A program made the position numbers and the translations under genes. 57,212 nt of DNA from a virus (lineage: Duplodnaviria > Caudoviricetes). Under the pieces are notes generated by a model. The model did not search any database. It saw only the letters and a program-made list of their open reading frames with translations, and was not told the DNA's origin. Numbering within the stretch: the stretch's first letter is position 1; each line of letters begins with the position of its first letter. Location: the IMG/VR virus record IMGVR_UViG_3300017706_002546, positions 1 to 57,212 of that record; one strand, given 5' to 3'. Shown here piece after piece: positions 18,627 to 27,288 of the stretch.

Positions 18627-19249
18627 TAGCACTCATCATCATAAAAGTCATAATCTAATGAGTGATATACTTCGGATATGTCATCAGATATTTGTGCAAT
18701 CTTTGTGCGCTGCCAGTCATCTAATTCATAACCGTCTGGAATCATTTGTAAAAGTTTTTTTGCATATTTTGCGACTTTATACAGTGAAGGCTTAGCCATG
18801 TAATTGTTGTGCTTGTGATGATGCATTTTATCATCTTCAATTGCAGCTACCTCATAGCCTGCATCGAATGCTTGGTCAGGTGTAATGTTTGTGTTATTCA
18901 GATTGTTATAATCGCTGGTACTATGATTATTAGCAGGTCCGCAACTACTGCAACTTCCTTCGCTTACCACGCCTTCTTCCATATAACCACACTCACTGCA
19001 CTCACCCTCGTAAGTCATTCCACCACACTGCTCACAAGCTCCTGTTTGTCCGCCGCCAAAATCATCATAGCTATCACTTTGCTTCACCATCGTTAGATTA
19101 TGTGGAGATCTTGCATTAGGTCTAAAACCTGTGTCTCTGTATGAATCTGCTTGCGCAGAGCCTTTTGTGATAAGTGCTTCTTCACCTACCATCCTTGAAA
19201 TCTCTTGCATAATTAAATTGCGAAGCTCAGAATTTGTTAATTTGCTCAT
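18626..19249 (-). CDS. Hypothetical protein with Cys clusters and a His run; putative internal head protein
   Basis: CEQC..CSEC..CSSC, HHHKH, N-terminal KLTNSELRNLIMQE; GAGGAG SD. Confidence 0.7.
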   Translation of the reverse strand: MSKLTNSELRNLIMQEISRMVGEEALITKGSAQADSYRDTGFRPNARSPHNLTMVKQSDSYDDFGGGQTGACEQCGGMTYEGECSECGYMEEGVVSEGSCSSCGPANNHSTSDYNNLNNTNITPDQAFDAGYEVAAIEDDKMHHHKHNNYMAKPSLYKVAKYAKKLLQMIPDGYELDDWQRTKIAQISDDISEVYHSLDYDFYDDEC

Positions 19250-19258
19250 TATGTCTCC

Positions 19259-20227
19259 TCAAAATATCGACCCAGAGGCGATACTCTGTATTAAATATGT
19301 CATTCGATCAGTTTGTTCATACAGTTTAGCACTCTTAATGTAAAATTGTGCTTCTTCTTTTGACATGTCTCCGAAATCGCTTCCCTCATGCTTTGATAAT
19401 TTGATTTCGTTTCCATAAGAGTTTAAGTTTTTTGCTACCTCTAAAGACTTTTTCTGTGCATCCGGATCTAAGCATAAAATAACATCACTATTTTCAATGA
19501 CAATTTTTCGAAAGAGTGCATGCTTTTCATCAATCCAGCTGCCTAACATCGGAATTGCGTTGTCACCCGCTTTTATTGCATCAAATATACCTTCAACAAG
19601 AACAACAGGTTTTTGCCAGTCAACATTATATTCGTTAAAGATAATCTCAGATCTTTTATGATCACAATTTCGGTATTTAATTTTCTGTGCTTTATCGTAC
19701 GTTCGACTTAGGTAGTAATTTAACTTAAGATCTTCATCATGCGATGAAAAAATTACTCGATTTATAAAATCTTTTTCGTTGCTTATGCCTATTTTGTATT
19801 TTAGCAAGTCATTATATTCTAGACCTCTTTCTTTTAAGTACTTTTTTGCTATTTTTGCCTTAGTAGAGTTTGATTCTGCTAATAAGGCGAAATCATCAGG
19901 TAATCTTAAAACAATCTCTTCTTTAGATTCTTTTACACCGTTAAACTCAAATATCTCATAAATCTCAGCTATTGTCTTTTTTGATGCATTTGTGTTCTTT
20001 CTAACAAATTGCCCGATATTTCGACCTTTCGATTCGCAAACCCAACAATGATATATACCTTTACCTAAGTCAATAGAAAGTTTTTTCTTGCTGGAGCTGT
20101 TCTTTGCGTTTAATTTGCAAACGGGACAAACAACTGATATGTTTGTCCCGGCTTTCGCTAATTTGCTTTTTCCAAAGGCTGCTTCTAGTATGCTGATTTT
20201 TTTACTGTTTGTTGAAATATTACTCAT
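19259..20227 (-). CDS. DnaG-type DNA primase (Zn finger plus Toprim); start revised to 20227
   Basis: CPVC...HCWVC, VLVEGIFDAI, LCLDPDA and DFGD. Confidence 0.88.
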   Translation of the reverse strand: MSNISTNSKKISILEAAFGKSKLAKAGTNISVVCPVCKLNAKNSSSKKKLSIDLGKGIYHCWVCESKGRNIGQFVRKNTNASKKTIAEIYEIFEFNGVKESKEEIVLRLPDDFALLAESNSTKAKIAKKYLKERGLEYNDLLKYKIGISNEKDFINRVIFSSHDEDLKLNYYLSRTYDKAQKIKYRNCDHKRSEIIFNEYNVDWQKPVVLVEGIFDAIKAGDNAIPMLGSWIDEKHALFRKIVIENSDVILCLDPDAQKKSLEVAKNLNSYGNEIKLSKHEGSDFGDMSKEEAQFYIKSAKLYEQTDRMTYLIQSIASGSIF

Positions 20228-20233
20228 ATTTGC

Positions 20234-20262
20234 AATATAACAAAAAGTGTTACTATTTACAT
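20234..20262 (-). promoter_or_regulatory. Sigma70-like promoter, probably giving a leaderless primase mRNA
   Basis: ATGTAA-N17-TATATT with TGn; only 6 nt between the -10 and the ATG, and no SD. Confidence 0.6.
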
Positions 20263-20267
20263 ATTTA

Positions 20268-20813
20268 TTAGAAACCACTAAACAAAATATGTGCTTTTCC
20301 AATCACATATGCATCTGCCATGTCGTAGCACTCATTGCAGAGTCTAACTTGCCCTTTGTTTCTTCCGGATTTTAGCACTTTTGTGGGAAAATTTTGATCT
20401 GGCTCTTGCTTAGCGACCCATTCAAAAACTTGCTCTTTTGTTGTCTTTGACGACTTTCGATCTACCTTGATTTCGTTTATTCTTCTCGCTGTATTAACAT
20501 TAATACTTTTTGGCTCAATACCAAAAATTTCTAAACAAATCCATTGAACAACCCCGTTAAACTGTGCTAATTTCAAAATAGTATTTGCTGAAGATAGACC
20601 CGGCCTGAATGCTTGAAGGTTTTCCTCGACAGCGATAGCTGTGATATCGTATCTATCTTTAATCTTAGATAACTGAGATTTCATTTCTTGAGCTTTTTCA
20701 AAGAATGTTTTATGTTTACTTAGCTTAAACGCTTCTATTTCTCTAAGTTTATCCTCGTTATCGAAAATACAGTATCCGGTGCAGCTTGTTGATATATCTA
20801 GTGCTAAAATCAT
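20268..20813 (-). CDS. RuvC-like Holliday junction resolvase
   Basis: ILALDISTSCTGY, IAVEE and DMADAYVI acidic catalytic pattern. Confidence 0.85.
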   Translation of the reverse strand: MILALDISTSCTGYCIFDNEDKLREIEAFKLSKHKTFFEKAQEMKSQLSKIKDRYDITAIAVEENLQAFRPGLSSANTILKLAQFNGVVQWICLEIFGIEPKSINVNTARRINEIKVDRKSSKTTKEQVFEWVAKQEPDQNFPTKVLKSGRNKGQVRLCNECYDMADAYVIGKAHILFSGF

Positions 20814-23155
20814 TAAAAATCTTCCTTAAGTCTTATAATAAAGTCATCTTCTTCGGTCTTAAAAATTGGTTGAGCGAAGTTTGCTTTCATTATAATATTA
20901 AGGTTTTCGTCGTGAATGTTAACTGTGGTGACATATAAAGTGGATAAATCTTCATTGTTTGCACCTGAAGAAGGAGGTATCGAGACAAATGATGGGTTTG
21001 AGGATGAGTTAAACATATCTTTAAATGCAGGAACGTTCAAAATCATTGTGTGGATATTTTGCTCGCCTTTAAATTTGACTTCTGTCCTATCCTTATTTAA
21101 AAAGAATAAGTGAGGTGTTTTAACAATTGCTACGCCTTCGTCGTAAAGCACGTTACCTACATTATTCCATGCAGCATGTTTAGTTAGTGCGTCACACCTG
21201 TATAAAGATCCCATCTCATTATCTTTTAATTTTATCTTAATTTTCCCGTCAGAGCCAGTTAATCCATTGTCATGTATTTCAAAACTACCAGGCTTAATTC
21301 TATTACCGTAGTATAAGTTAGATATATCATAGATGACAATTTCATTGCTACTTCTATCTCTCGTTCTTTGTGCTATTGTCAGTACTGCCCCTGGATTAAC
21401 CCCTGGGTTTTCTGGGCTTGCACCAACAATCTGATCGTATATTGAACCAGAAGAAAAAACTAAACCCGGGTATAGAGAGGAAGAAGGTATTAGATTTTCT
21501 AAATTGATGATTGAATAGTCGTAAAAGTCAGACCCAGGATCTAAAAACTTAATATTGTTTTCAGCCTTTGTTAGTTTGTATATGTCATAATTCGGAGAAT
21601 AAAGACCGTTGTCATTTGGAAGAATAGTCATATTTCTCTTCTTAATAGAGCCAGAGTTGTATACGTATTGATCTGCAGTTATATTCTGAATTGTTGAATT
21701 TATTGTCTGCGGCACTAACCCTAACAATCTTGGGTGTCTGTCTGTTGCAAAATCTCTAGTAAAGTTTTCGAGATTAATCATTTTTCCGTTAACACCAAAT
21801 GAGAAAGCGACATTAAAAGGGTCATCTGTTGTGCTACCTGTAATTACTTGAAAGGGGGTTTGTAATACATCTCTTGTCGGAGTTGTTGGAAAAAAGAAAG
21901 GTGGTACATAAAACTGAAGATTATCAAAATTCTTTACGCCTCTATTTTTAACTGCATCTCTTTCAGTTTCAAACAAAGTATCTGTATCAAAAAGCACTTT
22001 ATTAAAAAGCTTAAGTTCGTGAATCTCTGCATTGAGAGGGTGAGTCAGCATTCTACTCGTAATTGTCGGGTCAGTTATTCCTTCACCATCAAGGACATGC
22101 TGGAATCCCTCTGTCTGCCCTTTTGTTTTATTTAAGAAACTGCCTATTGTATCATAAAAAGCATCAAAATAATTTCCGACAGTTATGCAGGGAGGAGATA
22201 ACGTTGTGCTATTTGCTGAGACACTAGCAGATGGAACATAAAAAACAGTTTCTGTATCATCTATGAAAATTGAACCTGAGTTATTGTTGACTCCGTTACC
22301 CCACTGCACACATACGTGGTGCCAGTTATTTTTGTGCAATACAGACGATGTAAATACCAAATCGTTCGGATAAGCTGACGCGGGTGAGCTTAAATTTATT
22401 TGCGAAGGTGGCTTGTCACAACTTTGAGACAGCTGCACAAGGATTTTAAATTCGTTTGCTGCGTTATTCTGGTCTTTCGATGAGCCACTAACTAGAGACA
22501 CACAAAGAGAAGAAGAGAGATGAAAAATTGTACCTGCTTTGTATTCACCAGCATTTGCATATCTTGGGTTGACCCAAAAGTTTAGACTAAACTGGGAATT
22601 TAAATCATAAGACTCAGTCAAGTTAGGATAAAGTAATGCAGAGCCGGAAGGTATTGTGTCTGAATTAAAAAAGTTTAGAGTATTATAATTTGTGTAAGAA
22701 AAATCACAGTTCTGGTATCTGTGCTTATGGTATGGCATTAAATTTTTTCTTACAACATTTTTAATATTTCTATTTTTATTAAATGTAACAGGTTGATCAA
22801 ATCTAAAAACGTCAATAGCTTTTGTGTTTTTAAAAACTTGGGCAGAACCATTTACTGACCGCATGTATAAATCAAGCTTGCTATTTAAGCTTGAAGTGTT
22901 TTTTAATATCATCTCAAGCAGGTGCTCTGGGCTAGTTAAAGCGCCCACAATAGCTTCTCCAATAGAAACAGCACCATCACCATTCAAGTCAAGATTGTCA
23001 ACTTTTAACTTCTTAAGTGTTTTTGATCTAAACGGAGATACAAAATTAGAGCCTGTTACACCACCGTCAATAGAAGACGAAATAAAATGTGTACTTGGCG
23101 ATAATCTTAAACCTGAATATTCAAAGTTATTTTTATCAATTAAAACAAAAGACAT
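20813..23155 (-). CDS. Virion protein with a LamG-like domain and a tail-collar-like C-terminus
   Basis: FSLNFWV..NNWHHVCVQW..IHELKLF (LamG-like); C-terminus paralogous to 23165..24364. Confidence 0.6.
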   Translation of the reverse strand: MSFVLIDKNNFEYSGLRLSPSTHFISSSIDGGVTGSNFVSPFRSKTLKKLKVDNLDLNGDGAVSIGEAIVGALTSPEHLLEMILKNTSSLNSKLDLYMRSVNGSAQVFKNTKAIDVFRFDQPVTFNKNRNIKNVVRKNLMPYHKHRYQNCDFSYTNYNTLNFFNSDTIPSGSALLYPNLTESYDLNSQFSLNFWVNPRYANAGEYKAGTIFHLSSSLCVSLVSGSSKDQNNAANEFKILVQLSQSCDKPPSQINLSSPASAYPNDLVFTSSVLHKNNWHHVCVQWGNGVNNNSGSIFIDDTETVFYVPSASVSANSTTLSPPCITVGNYFDAFYDTIGSFLNKTKGQTEGFQHVLDGEGITDPTITSRMLTHPLNAEIHELKLFNKVLFDTDTLFETERDAVKNRGVKNFDNLQFYVPPFFFPTTPTRDVLQTPFQVITGSTTDDPFNVAFSFGVNGKMINLENFTRDFATDRHPRLLGLVPQTINSTIQNITADQYVYNSGSIKKRNMTILPNDNGLYSPNYDIYKLTKAENNIKFLDPGSDFYDYSIINLENLIPSSSLYPGLVFSSGSIYDQIVGASPENPGVNPGAVLTIAQRTRDRSSNEIVIYDISNLYYGNRIKPGSFEIHDNGLTGSDGKIKIKLKDNEMGSLYRCDALTKHAAWNNVGNVLYDEGVAIVKTPHLFFLNKDRTEVKFKGEQNIHTMILNVPAFKDMFNSSSNPSFVSIPPSSGANNEDLSTLYVTTVNIHDENLNIIMKANFAQPIFKTEEDDFIIRLKEDF

Positions 23156-23164
23156 GACACCTCA

Positions 23165-24364
23165 TTAGAAATCTAGCCTAACCCTAAATGTCAAATCTTT
23201 TTCGTCATTTTTCTCAACAGGTCGACTTAATTTTGCAACTGCTAGCAACTCTTCATTTGAGTCATACAATCCAACTGTCGATACAAAAGAGAACGATTTT
23301 TGGTCGCCATCGCTTCCTTCGTCGATTACAACAATTCTACCTGTTGATGAATCAGTGTATGTCGGATTTGCTGAACAATTAAACTCATCAGCACTTGCCC
23401 TACAAAATACCAGGGTTGAATTAATTTTTGTATTATTTTGGAATGTCAACGTTGTAAATGAACCAGATCCAAACCTTACTGTGCTGATATGCTCCAAAAC
23501 ATCGTCAATTGATCCCGACACTGTAAAGTCATTAAATGAAGCAGATACCGTTGTTTTTGCTACAGCGCCGACGCTTGATACAGATCCTGTCATAATCTGA
23601 TTTGCATTAAAAACTTTTTCCATGTCGAATACTGCAATACCTTGTTGGTAAAACATTAACCCGACATTTTGTGATGTGTTTGCGGCATTTACGATATTAC
23701 CTACATCGCCTCCAAGCGCAGATCTCTCTCTAGCAGTTGCTGATCCAACGTCTGTGTATATAGCAGATCCGGATCCCGGATGGACTCTTGTTACATCTAT
23801 ATTTCTCTTGTGTGCTGAAACATTTGGATCAGACGACGATTGAAACATCTTCATCGCAAACGTTTCTCTTTTTATTCCGTCTCTTACAAAAAGTCGCTTA
23901 AAAGACACAAACAGGGCATTATCAATATGATCTATGTTGTTGCTTCCAGGGTTTGAAAAGGGAGAAGTAAACTGCGCTGTTGAGTCTCCTAATAACAGGT
24001 TAGCAAACTGCTTATATATGTTAATTTTTTCTCTCATCATCAATGACTGGGATGTAAAAAGTTTTTTTCCACTTGTGGAATCGTTTCCTGTATATGATGA
24101 ACCGGTAACAATTCCTGAGTTTTCAAAAAACCCAAATGATAAATCAAAGAGTTCATTTGCTGTTTGCAAAGAATGATTTTGGTCAAAAACTGTGTGATAT
24201 AAAGATGAAGTAATCGAATTGTCACCTGAACCTGTGACAAAAACATCGTATGTCTTTCTAGTAGTTGATCCGGATATATCTGCTTCAACAAAATCGACTA
24301 ATTGATTTAGCGTGCTAGTTGTTGTTCTTATGTCTTGTGATGATAATGTTTTGAAAGTTGCCAT
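23165..24364 (-). CDS. Virion baseplate/fibre-attachment protein
   Basis: C-terminal STVGLYDSNEELLAVAKLSRPVEK..FRVRLDF, resembling tail-collar fibre domains. Confidence 0.65.
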   Translation of the reverse strand: MATFKTLSSQDIRTTTSTLNQLVDFVEADISGSTTRKTYDVFVTGSGDNSITSSLYHTVFDQNHSLQTANELFDLSFGFFENSGIVTGSSYTGNDSTSGKKLFTSQSLMMREKINIYKQFANLLLGDSTAQFTSPFSNPGSNNIDHIDNALFVSFKRLFVRDGIKRETFAMKMFQSSSDPNVSAHKRNIDVTRVHPGSGSAIYTDVGSATARERSALGGDVGNIVNAANTSQNVGLMFYQQGIAVFDMEKVFNANQIMTGSVSSVGAVAKTTVSASFNDFTVSGSIDDVLEHISTVRFGSGSFTTLTFQNNTKINSTLVFCRASADEFNCSANPTYTDSSTGRIVVIDEGSDGDQKSFSFVSTVGLYDSNEELLAVAKLSRPVEKNDEKDLTFRVRLDF

Positions 24365-24375
24365 TTTTTATCCTA

Positions 24376-25095
24376 TTATGTAATTGTCAAAGTAACAGAT
24401 TTGCTCAATCCAGAGTTTAAACCAGTAATCTTCATAGATGTTTTTATTGATGTACCGCCTGCTGTCTTGTAAACGTTAAAAGTTGTATCTGAGAAATTCT
24501 TAACGCTTAAAGTAAAGCCGGTTGTTGAAACCCCATCACCGTCAACGCTACCTGTTTCATCTACGACATAAACAACAGTATTGTCAGCATACGCAATGTC
24601 AGGGGAACCTTGTTCAGACAATTCAAAAAACAAGCTATTAAGCTCAACCCTAAATGATCTATCTTCGATTTGATTATCTAGTGTTTGCCCTGCAGTACCA
24701 TGAAGCTTGACTGTTACAGAGACTGTTCTAGATGACGTTCCTGTTGTACTCGAAGGCCTATTAAAAGCAAAACTAGAAGTACTTGTCTGACCTGACGCCT
24801 CGATTGTAAGTAACGGAAAATGTGTTATAAGTTCATTATCCACTGAAACTAGTTTGTGTTTAAGCGCCAAACTACCTGCAGTAAGTGCTTCTAAAATAGG
24901 AGTATTTTTTTCTATTTTTTCCTTACCTACTGTTCTACCATACTGCCTTATTAAGGAATAATCAACCTCATCATCACCTAAAGCAAATTGTTGAATTTGG
25001 AATGAACCATCATTTCTTGCTAAAGCCTTTCTTCCTGTATCAGTTAAAACTGCATCAACAATAATATTGTTTGTGCTATGATCTAAGAAACCCAT
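24376..25095 (-). CDS. Virion structural protein (MGxLD..DxVxT..G family)
   Basis: N-terminal DAVLTDTGRKALA..FALGDDEVDY; AGGAG SD. Confidence 0.65.
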   Translation of the reverse strand: MGFLDHSTNNIIVDAVLTDTGRKALARNDGSFQIQQFALGDDEVDYSLIRQYGRTVGKEKIEKNTPILEALTAGSLALKHKLVSVDNELITHFPLLTIEASGQTSTSSFAFNRPSSTTGTSSRTVSVTVKLHGTAGQTLDNQIEDRSFRVELNSLFFELSEQGSPDIAYADNTVVYVVDETGSVDGDGVSTTGFTLSVKNFSDTTFNVYKTAGGTSIKTSMKITGLNSGLSKSVTLTIT

Positions 25096-25155
25096 AAAAA
25101 TTCTCCTAAATTTTATTAATAAATATATTCCTTAAAAAAATTATGTAAATATATT

Positions 25156-27288
25156 TTAAGAATTAACCCCAAACTGAAAACTTAAGTTGTTAGGGTTATA
25201 CTTCGCAGTCTCAGTTTCAAAAAAGTCTTGATCTGTTGCCGAGGGGCTTGCGTAGTTTTTGATTTTTAAAGTTATCAATGAATCTTTTTGATTATCGACG
25301 TTAATAATATGTATTTTGTATCTTGGTTTTTCGCTATCAATTGCGAGTAATTCTAAGTCTTTTAATGACGATTCATTCTCAAAGTTTTCAGAAGCTTCTT
25401 GTCCTTCTCTTGTCTTAAAAACTTTATAATACTCAGGGTCAAAAAAGATATTCATTCTGTCAAAGTTACTTGACTTTATTACATCTTTAAAAGTATCTTC
25501 GTTTAAATAGATGTTAGGAAAAGGTTTTGGAGCGTTTGGCCCGCTAATTATTTTTCTATGCACTCTATTTGTATATTTGTCTCTCTCAACTTGTACTTGT
25601 GTACTATAATTAGAGCTCATACCGTGAGCATCTACACAAGCTACTGCATAAATTGGTTTCTCACCTTCATTGTGTGTTTTATCAATAAAGCTTAGCTTGC
25701 TTTTTTTAACACGATAATAATTTTTTGAAATAATTTTTTCTGAAACTTGACCTCTAATGCTGGAATTGTCAAAATCAAATTCAGCAATTACTGTGAAGGG
25801 TTCGTCAACAGACATCCTTTTGAATACTTGAAACCTTTTAATGTCACGTTGCTTATTGTGAGGAAACTGCCACAGTATTTTTGGTAAAAGAGTCTTAAAG
25901 TCAAAAGTAAAACGTAACCCTTCAGGTGGTGGCGGTGGAATTTTTTCTGTGCAAATGATAGAAGATAGCTTACCTTCTGATGCCATTAAGACATCACCGA
26001 TTACTAGTTGACTCAACAAAGGATCACTCACACACTCAGAAGTCATAATTGTCTCAACTTTACAAAGTGTTCTTACTTTATAGAAATAGCTACCACCATA
26101 TCTTACTTGAAAATCTACGAAAAAATTAGTCTTGTGCCCTGCGATAAATTTTCTTCCAACAAACTCAACAGACTCGTCAGGCAATACTTCAAATTTTTCA
26201 ACAATATAGCCTACAAACTTAATCTTTGGGTAGTCTTTCATTAATTGATCAATGTTGTTTGTTGGGCTCATACCTACATATGCTGCCCTTTGATTAATTG
26301 CATCGACTGTCAATTCATAGTCTGCTGGATTAAATACAGGTGGGTTTAATTGAAAATCTGACCTTGGTAAAAGTTGACTTCTAATTTCTCGAGAAAAATT
26401 CTTAAGTGACCTTATTTCATCATTAAAAACATTGTCTGAATATATTGTGGAATTTGTTATAATATTTGACATTAGTAAGTTATTGAATTGGACTGAAAAT
26501 GTCTGCTTTCCAACTGGGTCAGAGGAAAATTTTGCGATATCTTCAGGTACATCAGAAGAAGCTAATGTAAAGCCTTCTGATGCTATATTTGAAAATGATT
26601 CAACAATAAGTCGTTTGTCTTCCCCTTCTAGCCCTCCTTTTTCTTGCAATGTATTGTAGAGTTTTTGAGCAGCTTCTTTTGACGAGTTTTCTTCAACAGG
26701 TATTTCGTTAAAAAATATTGATGCGTTTAGCATTGTATATATTTTACTCTCTTTTCCAGTATCAAGAATTTCTACTCCTGTGTATACATCATTAGAAAAA
26801 GCGCCTTCAGATACAATTCTGTCAAAATTTTCATTTACGATAGTTGTGTCATTGTCATTGCTTATGTAGGCAACTCCCGCTTTAGGTGACTTAAAAGAAA
26901 TTCTTGCAAAACGAGGAGCTTTTTTATTTTTAATTTGAAAAAATAACTCTTCTGTATCGCTACTATCCAAAGATATTATCTTCGACCCATCTGGTAATAC
27001 TTCTCTAAGCCTTTCATCTTTTGTGTAATAATTGTAGGTGAAAGTAGATTTTAGTTTTGTTACTTCAGGTATGTTAATCTTATCAACAGGCCTCGATGGA
27101 AAACTTTCATAAAGATTAAATCTTTGATTTCCAAAAACTTCGCTTAATACTTTTCTAGTAAGCCCAGTGCTATCAACATCAACAACAGGATCGTCGATAA
27201 TTTTTATTACAGCATCTTGAACTTCATCAGGCGTTTTAAGCTGCTCGACCCCTTGTGCTGTTTGGTTTTCAGTGTTAATTGCTGGCAT
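25156..27288 (-). CDS. Large protein with FN3-like beta-sandwich domains, probably structural
   Basis: PPPPEGLRF..ILWQFP..FQVFKR..YAVACVD pattern; position in the tail module. Confidence 0.55.
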   Translation of the reverse strand: MPAINTENQTAQGVEQLKTPDEVQDAVIKIIDDPVVDVDSTGLTRKVLSEVFGNQRFNLYESFPSRPVDKINIPEVTKLKSTFTYNYYTKDERLREVLPDGSKIISLDSSDTEELFFQIKNKKAPRFARISFKSPKAGVAYISNDNDTTIVNENFDRIVSEGAFSNDVYTGVEILDTGKESKIYTMLNASIFFNEIPVEENSSKEAAQKLYNTLQEKGGLEGEDKRLIVESFSNIASEGFTLASSDVPEDIAKFSSDPVGKQTFSVQFNNLLMSNIITNSTIYSDNVFNDEIRSLKNFSREIRSQLLPRSDFQLNPPVFNPADYELTVDAINQRAAYVGMSPTNNIDQLMKDYPKIKFVGYIVEKFEVLPDESVEFVGRKFIAGHKTNFFVDFQVRYGGSYFYKVRTLCKVETIMTSECVSDPLLSQLVIGDVLMASEGKLSSIICTEKIPPPPPEGLRFTFDFKTLLPKILWQFPHNKQRDIKRFQVFKRMSVDEPFTVIAEFDFDNSSIRGQVSEKIISKNYYRVKKSKLSFIDKTHNEGEKPIYAVACVDAHGMSSNYSTQVQVERDKYTNRVHRKIISGPNAPKPFPNIYLNEDTFKDVIKSSNFDRMNIFFDPEYYKVFKTREGQEASENFENESSLKDLELLAIDSEKPRYKIHIINVDNQKDSLITLKIKNYASPSATDQDFFETETAKYNPNNLSFQFGVNS

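Noticed and set aside
24364-24378. Readthrough joining the 239-aa and 399-aa proteins
   Set aside because: Tandem TAA TAG stops, a different frame and a separate AGGA-ATG start
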